Of a stretch of 64,000 nucleotides of DNA, positions 48,861-59,376 are shown one piece after another. A program made the position numbers and the translations under genes. The notes under the pieces were generated by a model that saw nothing but the letters and a program-made list of their open reading frames with translations, had not been told where the DNA came from and did not search any database. Source of the stretch: Guillardia theta CCMP2712 (taxonomy: Eukaryota; Protista; Cryptophyta); the NCBI RefSeq assembly GCF_000315625.1, contig NW_005434666.1, positions 741,869-805,868 on the forward strand. The letters run 5' to 3'. The stretch's first letter is position 1. Each line of letters opens with the position of its first letter.

Positions 48861-51672
48861 CGGTCCCTGGGCGTTGATGCGGCGTCGCCGCCGTCACGGG
48901 CGGTGTTGGTCTCGGCTACCGCTGACTCGGAAGCCGCCAGATACCAGATGAAGCGGAGGGTGTCAGGATGCAAGGTTGCTTGCAGCAAATCAAACACCGT
49001 CCGTTGAGATGGCAAGAGATACATACAAGAGGGATGAACGCACGAGGAGGAGTAGTCATAATCCTTTTTACCAGTCATGGCATATGCAGCGCGATGTTTG
49101 CGAATCTTCTCAGACGCTGCAACATGGAGGGCGTCGAGGTTGACTTCCCCCCACTTACAGTCAGATGCCTCCGGGTATCGCATCTAAGGGTGTCGGATTT
49201 ACTGGCAGAAGGTAAAAAGTGCCTCCTATGCTATCGTCAAGTAAAACAAAGCAGGCACCGCATGGATTTACTGGCAGAAGGTAAAAAGTGCCTCAAGCAA
49301 AACAAGCAGGAACAAGCTAAACCTCCTGGCACACAGCGCACAGCGAGAAGCTGCACAAACACACACAGCTGGTCCGAGCTCGCCTGCTTCCTCCCCGGCA
49401 TCGGTCGGGTCACGCCTTCGCCGGAGGTCTCCGACTCCGATGGGGGAAACATACACGGGCGGCTACCGCTGACTCGGCTACCGCTGACTCGGAGGCTAGC
49501 GAGGAGGACTACCTCGAGCGGTACCGTGTTCCTGTGTCCAGCCTCCCTCCGTCCGCTGCCCGGACCCCCGGGCAGCGCCGGCCGCCCGCTTTGTGGCGGC
49601 AGCGGACGTCTCGACTGACAGTGGTCAGTCGGCTGCCTCCGGGTATTGCGTCTAAGGGATGTTATTCCTCCTGCATGCTCCTGCTGCTTGTCGCTTGATT
49701 GCTTGACCCTTAGGCTGCTTGTCTGCGCGGCTTCGCGCTTGGGCTGGCGGTGCCGCGTCTGGGTGCCAGCAGTGCTGGTTCTTTTCGGGCTTGTGTTTTG
49801 TGTGTGTTTGTGCAGCTTCTCGCTGTGGACTGTGTGCCTGGAGGTTTAGCTTGTTCCTGCTCTGTTTTGCTTGAGGCACTTTTTACCTTCTGCCAGTAAA
49901 TCCTATGTTCGCAAACATCCAGACGGTGGCGCCGACGACGGCGGCGCGGAGCTGGCGAGGCGTCTCCGTCCCTCACTGTGACGTCGGGTGCCTCCGGAGA
50001 GCTCGACACCACTGGGGTGCTTGCTGCTGGTCCGAGCTCGCCTGCTTCCTCCCCGGCATCGGTCGGGTCACGCCGGTCCTTGGGCATTGCTGCGGCGTCG
50101 CCGCCGTCACGGGCGGCTACCGCTGACTCGGCTACCGCTGACTCGGAGGCTAGCGAGGAGGACTACCTCGAGCGGTACCGTGTTCCTGTGTCCAGCCTCC
50201 CTCCGTCCGCTGCCCCAGGCGGACCCCCGGGCAACGCCGGCTCCTTGTCGGCGGCTGCCCTTTCTCCGTCCGCGGCCGCCCGCTTTGTGGCGGCAGCGGA
50301 CGTCTCGACTGACAGTGGTCAGTCGGCTGCCTCCGGGTATCGCGTCTAAGGGATGTTATTCCTCCTGCATGCTCCTGCTGCTTGTTGCTTGATTGCTTGA
50401 CCCTTAGGCTGCTTGTCTGCGCGGCTTCGCGCTTGGTGGTTAGGATTTACTGGCAGAAGGTAAAAAGTGCCTGGGCTGGCGCTGCCGCGTCTGGGTGCCA
50501 GCAGTGCTGGTTCTTCTCGGGCTTGTGTTTTGTGTGTGATTGTGCAGCTTCTCGCTGTGTGCTGTGTGCCTGGAGGTTTAGCTTGTAGCTTGAGGCACTT
50601 TTTACCTTCTGCCAGTAAATCCTATTCTTGTTCCTGCTTTGTTTTGCTTGAGGCACTTTTTACCTTCTGCCAGTAAATCCTATGACCCTTTGTCGGAGGT
50701 CTCCGACTCCGATGGGGGAAACATCCAGAGTGGAGCCGACGACCGGCGGCTGCTGGGGACACACTCGTACCTTTTTATTTCGCATCATTCTGCTCGCGTT
50801 GCTCGCTTTGAGCATCTGGAGATGGCTCGTTCGAAAGCATACACCGTGCCGATAGGCAGGCCTCCAAGTGTAATCCCGCCAGTCACCTCAAAGTGAAGAA
50901 GCTGAGTCTTGAGACGGCGCAAAACTTTCGAGAATCTCAAGCCTCTCGAGCCAAGAATCTCTCTCTTATGAAAGAGGCAAAGGTCAGCAGAGTGCTGGAG
51001 AGATAGGAGGCGAACAACCGGAGAGGCTCGGAAGACGGCAAGCTTGCACCTTCGTTGATGCTTCCATCAAAATAGTCGCGACTCGCCCTTCCCTCGATGG
51101 AGTCGAAGAGTGCCTGGCGGTCGAGGGAGTTGAAGGCGTTCTTTGCATCCCAACTACATCTTCATCATCGCCACGAGCGTGAAGAGGCAGGAGCGCGGAC
51201 GCGGTTGGCGACCGAATCGCTCGAGGGTGAGACGAGAGGATGGATCTGCCTCCTCGACGAATGGCCGACAGGGCAGGAATCAGGAGGTCCGGCATCCGGC
51301 CAAGAAGGACCCCTTGGAGGATGTGTTTGCAGTAGAGCTTCAAAGCTGCAGGATTACCAGAGAGGGGAGACAGGTCCGCAAAGGCGCTGTAGCGCTTGAT
51401 CGCCTGAATCAGGCTAGTGGTGTCGAGAATGTCAGTCAGATCCTGCTCCAGTGCCGCAAGCGCCTGCTGGGGGAGATGAGCCGCGGAAGCACTCCCCTAG
51501 GCAGGCGACGCACCAGCAGGAAACTTCTCTTGTGCTTCAGCAAGAAGATCAGCAAGATTGTCAGCCTCGTAGATGCCTGAGCTTAGCAGCGTCCGTACGC
51601 CAACTGAGTCTTTCGTCCGCTCGCAGAGGTGAGGGACAGGAGAGGCAACAGGCTCAGTCGGCCCTCTTGCCT

Positions 51673-52090
51673 TATGCGAGTAAATCTCTGCTGCTGCTGC
51701 TGCTGCCTTGGCTCTCTTGGAACAGTATTACTCAAGAGTTTTACTCGCATACTCAAGCAGAAGAAAGCAGCAACAAGCAAAACCTTCACGCACACGTGAC
51801 ACATCACACAGCGAGATAAAAGCTGCGCAACTAGCACTGCTGGCAACCAGGGAATGAGGGAAGCCGGGTATACAAGCAGGGAGGGGCAAGCGACAAGCAC
51901 ACCGGCACAGCAGTGGACGTGAGCCCCTACACGCGATGGACCAAGAAAGGGCAGCCGCTAACACAGAGCCGGAGCTGCCCGTCTCAAGACGTAATGGTAG
52001 CATTTGGTCGGCACTTTGCTCCTGATGATGGACCTGCTGCTGAGGTCTCGGCTCGCAAACGCGCAGCCAGCTATGAGCGCCTGACTATGA
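51673..52090. mobile_element. Older diverged relic of the same element family
   Basis: 51736-51980 resembles the antisense 3' UTR and ORF end (CTCAAGCAG..AAAGCAGCAACAAGC, AGCACTGCTGGCA, CCCTACACGCGAT, AAAGGGCAGCCGC); 52000-52090 is a sense fragment encoding AFGRHFAPDDGPAAEVSARKRAASYERLTM. Confidence 0.75.
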
Positions 52091-52179
52091 GGATGTGAGG
52101 GTGGAATAGCTAGCACTGAAAGAGGTCAAGTGTTGTCTCTTTCACACTTGACCTTCAGTTCTCAAGCTTCACTCTCGCG

Positions 52180-55100
52180 TCATCGAGCTTTCGCCATCCT
52201 CGCCTTCTCCATGGCCAGCTCAGCTTTCTGAAGCTCCTTCACTGCCTTGCCGATGTCGCCTGCCTTGAGGGCGGCGTCGGCGCTGTCCACGCTGAGATCG
52301 CTATGCACGAGGGCACTGACGACAGCGTCTTCGAGCTTCGGGGAGAGTTTCGCCCAGGATTGCCGGAACTTCTCCTCTGCCAGCGACAAGGTCTTGGAGA
52401 TGCAGCTTTGATAGTCGGGGAGGGACCGCAGGTCATCTGCTCTCGCAGCCATCATGGTACTCTTGTCCTTCAACGCCCACATGTTGCTCAGCTCGTCCGC
52501 CCCCATCGCTCGCACGTTGGCCCTCAAGCTGCTCTGCAGGTCTTTGCTCAGCGCGTTGAGCTCCTCCTGCAGCTTCGCCTCTGACTTGTTCACAGCATCG
52601 TGGATGGAGGCGAGAAGAGCCTTCTTCTCATCCAGCTTGAAGGCCGCCTGCTCCTCCTCGTTCAGCGCGCCCTCCAGCTCTTTCTCTTCCTTCCTCATCT
52701 CCTTCAACAACGATCGCACGTGCGTCACCGACTGCTCGGGTCGCGAGAAGCACATCTTCACAAAGTCATCTGTCTCCCCACATGCTTTCTCGGCTATCAT
52801 CAAGTTTTGCGCGAAAGAATCTTTCAATTCTTCTTTCTTCACGTTGAGAGATGCTGTCATTTCGCGCAGCTTCTTTTCTCTCAAGACCATCTCTCTTGTG
52901 GCGCGCTCCTTTGCAAGATCTGCAGCATCTTGCCGTTCTCTCTCTGCTTGATTGGCTTTGTTTTCTTTCTCTTTCATCTCTTCCAAATTTTTCTTGTGCA
53001 TTGCAAGCTCCGCTGTTTTGATCGCGAGCCGATGTTTGCTAACGACGCCTCGCAGCTTCTGGTATCCGCTCATCGCCGCAAGCACGTCAGGACGGCAGCG
53101 GCCTCGGGCTGTCTGGTTCACAGAGAGCTGCATCTCTCTCAAGTTCCTCGACAACTCCTCCTGCACCTCCTCCGCCATGCTCTGTCAACCCCCGTCAGTG
53201 AGAGAGCCAAGGGAGCGGTATGACTACCTTGTGCGAGCTTTGACTCTGCTCCATCTCTTGGCGTAGCAGCAGCTCTTCTTCCTTTCTCTTCTCATTGAGC
53301 AGCTCGATCTCGATCTCTTTCATTCGCATGTGATACCTCAACCTCCAAGCATCCTCCACTCGCCTCGCCTTGTCTTGCAGCTCTTGCAGCCTCTCCTGAG
53401 CCTCGGGGTCCTCGAGATGCGCCTCCAGCTTCATCAAGGACTCGATCTCTTCCTTCACAGCGTGCACCTCCTTCTCCTTGTGCTCTTCGATTCGCCGCAG
53501 CTCAGCCCTCAGGTCTGATTCATTATACTCAACCTCCAAGTGTGACATCTCCCTCGTCACTTCGTCTCGCTGCTCTGACAGTCGTTTCCTTCTCATCTCC
53601 AGTCTTGACTTGTGTGGATCTTCAAGTCCAATCTTGACTTGATTCCTGTCTGCTCTGCTTTCTTGCTTATCAAAAGTTGACAGCTGTTTTTCAACTTCCG
53701 TCAGACTGTCTTCAATATCTTGGAGTTTGCTGCTCGCGTCCTCCATTTTCTTTTCGATTTCTCGTCTTGTAGTGGCGATCTTATGATCGAGCATGTCCTC
53801 AAACACGCTTGAGCGGCAGCAGACATCGCTTGTGTCTCCCTTCAGCTCCCACGCCAGTCTCTTCCCTTGTTCCTCCAAACGCTGCTCAGCCCTCACGCTA
53901 CTCAGCTCCGCCTCCTCGAGCGCATGTCTCAGGTATCGAGCGCGCTCCTCCCCATCACTCTCGGCGTACTCGCTGTACTTGTGAGCGAGCTCAGGGTCAG
54001 CCAAGGCAGCAGACCAATGGGAGGCAGCAGCCGCATCAGCCTCGCGTCCCCTCGAGGTTCCCTGACGGAGGCTTCGGATGTGCTCGCGCAGGAGCACGTT
54101 CTCCTGCTCCAGGTACTCCGCCTGTCGCGTCCTCTCTTTCATGTCCTCGGCCAGCCTGAGCGCCTCCAGCTCAGCCTGAGTCTTGGTGGCAGAGGGGATG
54201 GACGGCGGGTCAGCTGGAGGCGGAGGCTCTTGGAGGAGGTCACGAGCTCGCTCCATGGCTCGTAGGTACTGCTGCATCATCTTGGCGAGCTCAACCTGAC
54301 TCTCCTCGAAGCGTCTGCGCACCTCCTGTCCGTCAGCGTCTTGCTCCTTCTCTTGCTCAGAGTCTGCTGGGTGTCGCAGGTTGAGCAGGTTGAGTACAGC
54401 TCTGTTCGCCGCGTCTTCATCCCTCAGCTTTCGAATGTACTCCTTCGTGTCGCGATTGCGAATGACCTGATCCTTTGAAACCTCCTCCCCATCCTCCTCC
54501 TCCTCCCCCTCCCCCTTCCCCTCCCCCTCCTTCCCTGCTTCTCCCCTCTCCCCCGCCTCGTTCCAATCCTCCCCCAAATTCTGGTCATCTTCTTTCACGG
54601 GTAGGGCAGGAGCTCTGAGCGTGTGCAGCAAGTCTTTCATCACCTGCTTCAGCGTCCCATCTCCCTCCACCTTCTCTCCAGGTCCCGGCGGCTTGTCAGC
54701 CCCGCCTAGCTGGATGTGCTTCTGCTGGAGCTTCTGCCCAAGGGCTGCCATCTCTTGGAGCATGCGATCTCTTCTCTTCCCGAAGTCCTCCGGGGCTGGT
54801 CGCTCCCCTTGCTCGGCTAGATAGCTTTTGATCACCTTCGCATCCTCCTCCCCCACTCCGATCTCCTCGAGCTCGCGCAGAAGCTTGACTTCGCTGAAGC
54901 CGTCCTCCCCCATCCCTCGTCGCCACAGCGAGTCGACGTCTGAGATGCCCGCGTCATGCAGCGACTGACAAGCAGGGGAGGAGACGCGCTCGAACAGGCG
55001 ATCCATCCCCGTCATCTTGAGCAGCTTCGAGTGCTTCTCGTGAGTCTCCACTATCGCCGCCTCCAGCATGTGCAGGACCGAATCCAGCTGTTGGGGGTCT

Positions 55101-58100
55101 GCTGGGACTTCTCCAGTTGGGGAAGCAGCAACTTCTTCTTCGCCTGCGTCGCGGAGGCTCTGCCAGGCGTTGACGCACTTTCTCAGCTTGATCTTGTCTA
55201 GCGTCGCTCGAGCCACCGACAGTTGGTCAGACACGCGATGGCTCCAGGCAGCGAATATGGAGGAGAGAAACAAGCCTTCGTGTCTTGCTCGAACTTGAAG
55301 GAGCTCGCCAGCTCGAGCCCTCCAGCTCCTGAAGCTATGGACAAGACTCTTCTTATCCAGGTAGCTGAAGGCCTTCCTGTCGCACAAGGACATCACAACC
55401 AGGTCTAGGCACAAGGACTACTGACCTGCCAGCTTTCAAGGTTGGACCAGACGCGCGGGCCTGGAGTTGAACAACAGAAGTAGCCGGGGAAGCGTCGAGA
55501 GTGAGTCCTCTAGAGGTCAAGGCAAGGTTGGTCTTGGCTTCAACGTCTGAACACTGGAGGGAGGAGAGCAGGGTCTCGAACAAGCCTTGACTGGTCTTCT
55601 TCCACTTCTTATACTCTTCTGATCGTCTCAGCTTCTCGTGCTTGCTCTGCACGATTTCAGAGATGTCCGCTTGCTCTTCTTGAGCCCTCAGCTCTTCTCC
55701 CAGCGCTTCTCTCGGCTCCTCGTCCTCTTCTCTCTTGTCCTGCAGCTCCAGCAGCTGCTCCTGAGCTTCCAGGGCCCTCAAGGCACTTTTCTCAGCTCGC
55801 GCGGCTGTGATGATGAGGGAGGCGGCCTCGAGCACGGCGAGCTGCTGGTCAGCATGACGGGAGAGGCTGGGAGCCGCCAGCTCGAGGAAGTTGGCGACGA
55901 CCTCGCGGACCGACAGGCGCAAGAAGCGCTCAGGAGTTGAGAAGCCTCCCCGATGCAGAAGCTGAGCCGCGACCTTCATGGTCTCTATGGAGGGCTTGTT
56001 GGACAGCAGCTGGAGTTTCTCCTTGGAGATTCCCTCGAAGCTGCCGCTCGTGCCTTTAGGCGAATCGCCGCCGAACACGATGGGCATGACGGTGCGGAGA
56101 AGGGAAGCAGAGGGAGGAGAGCGACTGACTGACAGCTGGTGGAGTCTGGTGGCGATCAAGAGCTGGAGCAAGAAGGAGTCGACGAAGTCCTCGCCATGGA
56201 GCTGTAACATGCTCGTCAGTCCCTCGTGTCTCGCTGGCTCTCGTGCCTCTCACCGGGTCCAGCCTTGCCAGCCTCCCTACAGACCCTCCATGAGGCTCGT
56301 CGTCTCGATCGACTGCGAACCACGTGAGGATGGGGTTGTACTGCACTGAGTTGCAGATGGCGAGCAAGAAGGCGTCGTGTTGAACATCAGCGTCGTCAGA
56401 GATGAGATGCTGCTCAGGCATGTCAAGCTTCTGGTCGAGAGATCGGATGGCAGAGGTCAATCGTTGGTAGAACTGATTGCCTGGCCATTCTCCTTCCGTC
56501 TCGAGGTGGACTGAGATCACAGTGTCATGCTTATGAGCTTCTCTTCCCTCTGCTTGCGGCGCCACGTTGGCAAAGGGCAGCAGCTCTCGTCTCAGCTTCG
56601 CTTCAAACTCGCGGGTCAGAGTCTGCAAGTCTTTCATCCTCGGGCTCTTGTCCTTTCGCTGCAGCTCAAACAACACCTGCGAGGCTTCAGGGGCATCAAC
56701 AGCCGCAGCCCTCTCGCACCTCCTTGATCTGTGAGAATGTCTCCTTCATCGTCGTGCCAAACTGCTCGGCGATTCGAGTTTGCATCTCCACTTGCGTCTG
56801 CTGTTGCCTGTCAAGGAGTCAGTCAGGCCCAGCGCGTCATTAGGCCGGCAGCACAGCTGATTCATCTGACGGATCTGAGCGTGCAGGTCTTGTCGCTCGC
56901 GCACCAGCGCGTTCTTCTCCATCTCTGCAGATCAGCAGGTCAGCAGCGTCAGGCAGCGGCAGACGCGCCTGCGAGAGAGAGACGATGATCGAAGATGCTC
57001 TTGTCAAGAGCTGCCAGTCGCTCTGAAAATGCCGCAGCTTTGCCCGAGAGCTGAGGGGCAGGAGCAGGAGCTCTCCCCTCCTTTTCTTCTTCCCCTTCTC
57101 CATGAAAGCTCCGCTTGTCTTGGTCGCGGCTCAGCTGGGGCTGGTCTGAGAGAGAGTCGATGCTGTGCTGGAGCTTAAGCTGGAGCTTCTCGTACATTCT
57201 CAGCTTGTCTTTGAAGGGCTCCCGCCTTGCTGACCTCTCAACCGGCTCCACTGCCTCCACTGCAGGGCGTCAAGACAGGAGGGGCACGAGCATTCGACTC
57301 ACAGGAGGGATTCACTCGGGATCGATGCGAGCTTGGCTTGAGCCTCTTTCCCTTCCAGTCGGCAAAGAAGTGCAAGGAGCCTTCTCGCCCTCCCTGCTCC
57401 CCACTCTTCTCTCTCCTCGCCTCTTCAAACGTGACTGATCTTGGCGTCTTTGCACTCAGCGTGGGATGAGCGTCATGCTGGAGGTTGCTGGCAGCTGGGA
57501 GGGGATGAATTGCTCTGCTGGTGTGCTGGGAAGCAGCTAGTCAGCAGCTGACGCTCACGTCGCCCTCAGAGGAGCTTACGATCTTGTGCTTCTTCCGCCG
57601 CTTGTACTTGTCGACTCCCAGCTCAGCGGCAGCATCCCACCCGAGTGAGGCCGCAAAGACCTCGAAGGAAACTCCATGTGGGGCAACTGAGGGGAGTGAG
57701 CAGAGGAAGCAGACACGCCTCGCTTACATGTCCTCATGTCCTCCACCAGCCCCCGCAGATCCATGTCGAACAACGAGTGCTTCTGAACGAGAGACGCTAG
57801 TCCTCTTCGTGACGTGTCAGAAAGCGAAAGTAAGGAGAAGTAGGTAGACATAGAACAACAGGAGGAGGAGGAGGAGGAGGAGGAGGAGGAGGAGGAGGAG
57901 GAGGAGGAGGAGGAGGAGGAGGAGGAGGAGGAGGAGGAGGAGGAGGAGGAGGAGGAGGAGGAGGAGGAGAAGGAGGAGGAGGAGGAGGAGGAGGAGGAGG
58001 AGGAGGAGGAGGAGGAGGAGGAGGAGAAATCTTACTTCTCGAACTGTTCGAGACTGATTGGTCGACGTGAAGTTCCTCCAAGGGCAACGAACACCTCAGC

Positions 58101-58790
58101 AGCCGTTTCATACCTTTCCGTCACTCTCGTAAGAACGAGACCCCAGATGAAACGAAGCAAAAGTATAGAAAGAAAGCTCATCGCAATCTTGTATCTACTT
58201 GTCTTGTGTATCTACTGTCTTGTGTATGTACTTGTCTTGTGTATCTACTGTCTTGTGTATCTACTGTCTTGTGTATCTACTGTCTCGTGTATCTACTGTC
58301 TTGTGTATGTACTTGTCTTGTGTATGTACTTGTCTTGTGTATGTACTTGTCTTGTGTATGTACTTGTCTTGTGTATCTACTGTCTTGTGTATGTACTTGT
58401 CTTGTGTATGTACTTGTCTTGTGTATGTACTTGTCTTGTGTATGTACTTGTCTTGTGTATGTACTTGTCTTGTGTATGTACTTGTCTTGTGTATGTACTT
58501 GTCTTGTGTATGTACTTGTCTTGTGTATGTACTTGTCTTGTGTATTGTCTTGTGTATGTACTTGTCTTGTGTATGTACTTGTCTTGTGTATGTACTTGTC
58601 TTGTGTATGTACTTGTCTTGTGTATGTACTTGTCTTGTGTATGTACTTGTCTTGTGTATGTACTTGTCTTGTGTATCTTCATGTCTTCTTCATTCTTTCC
58701 TCACCTCTTCGCAAGAGCCTCTCGCAGGCTTTGCCATCGCCATTCGCTTCGTTCCCTCATTTCCGTTAGCCTCCCGGAGCCTACACGATA
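52180..58790 (-). CDS. Very large coiled-coil protein, multi-exon
   Basis: Consecutive long ORFs (332, 739, 285, 206 and 103 aa) that are E/K/L/R-rich and separated by short introns; 5' end uncertain and may extend to ~59230. Confidence 0.65.
57861..58026. repeat. (GAG)n trinucleotide tract
   Basis: Directly visible, ~165 bp. Confidence 0.95.
58190..58677. repeat. 17-bp minisatellite TGTATGTACTTGTCTTG (with 16-bp variant TGTATCTACTGTCTTG), probably intronic
   Basis: Roughly 29 tandem units visible. Confidence 0.95.
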
Positions 58791-59376
58791 GCGAGCTCCC
58801 CTCAGAAAGACGTCTAATAATGTAATTTTAAACCTCAATGCGGCAAAGCAGAGGAGCGGCTCACGTTCAAGTGCCGGCGAAACAAGCGAAAGAAGCATGC
58901 AGCTGCTCTTATCTTCTTCATCTCTTATCTGCCTGACTATCTCCCTACTCTTCTCTCACTCTCGTCACATATTTCTGCTTCGTCTTGGTTGATCTAAACC
59001 TATTCCTGCTGATCCTTGTACTATATTCAGATGGCTATTTCAGACTACATGTCAAGCTTCTTTTTTCCTTGTTGATCACATCTCCTCTCATCATCTCTTT
59101 TCTAACCTCCCCGAACTCCCCTGCTGCATTGTATAGTAAGAAACCTTAGCTGCTTCTTTGCCTATTCCTTCCAGTTGCTACTGCTTTGCGTAACTACTTG
59201 ACCACGCTCACTGTCGGCGAGCATTGCATGTCCTGCTGCAATCACATGCGCAATAGCATGGGCTAAGCTGTTTCCTGCATTTTAGAACAAGCCAGCCTCA
59301 CATCTTGTATCTCCCTCTTGTCCTCTGACCGCAGCGTGTGCTGTGCCAGTTTCGGTGTCATGGGGTCTGATACTTT

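Larger units (their letters stand above)
45732..50680. repeat. Dispersed exact 26-bp repeat GGATTTACTGGCAGAAGGTAAAAAGT (element 3' terminus)
   Basis: + copies start at 45732, 46160, 46535, 46673, 46914, 48445, 49195, 49264 and 50443; reverse-complement copies at 49878-49903, 50597-50622 and 50655-50680; an 11-bp partial at 46862. Confidence 0.97.
45556..50745. mobile_element. Mosaic nest of sense and antisense fragments of one RLE-class non-LTR retroelement
   Basis: Almost the whole interval aligns by eye, in one orientation or the other, to the long copy at 46914-48860; it contains 12 exact copies of the 26-bp terminus. Confidence 0.85.

Noticed and set aside
48860-48897. Annotated start of the 585-aa ORF
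   Set aside because: This segment matches the opposite-strand element fragment (GGCGTCGCCGCCGTCACGGGCGG), so the start is a chimeric accident.
45674-50676. Repeated short ORFs (RIYWQKVKSASSK, MPQAKQSRNKLN, LRHFLPSASKS)
   Set aside because: They are translations of the repeated 3' UTR in alternative frames; there is no evidence of coding function.
45732-50680. CRISPR array interpretation of the 26-bp repeat
   Set aside because: Spacing is very irregular (about 52-1531 bp), orientation is mixed, repeat extensions vary, the intervening DNA is the element itself, and there are no cas genes.
50960-51580. Protein-like frames between the mosaic and the relic
   Set aside because: Fragmented frames with no recognisable motif; cannot support a gene or RT call.
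58147-58825. Cys/Val/Leu-rich ORFs
   Set aside because: Translations of the 17-bp minisatellite.
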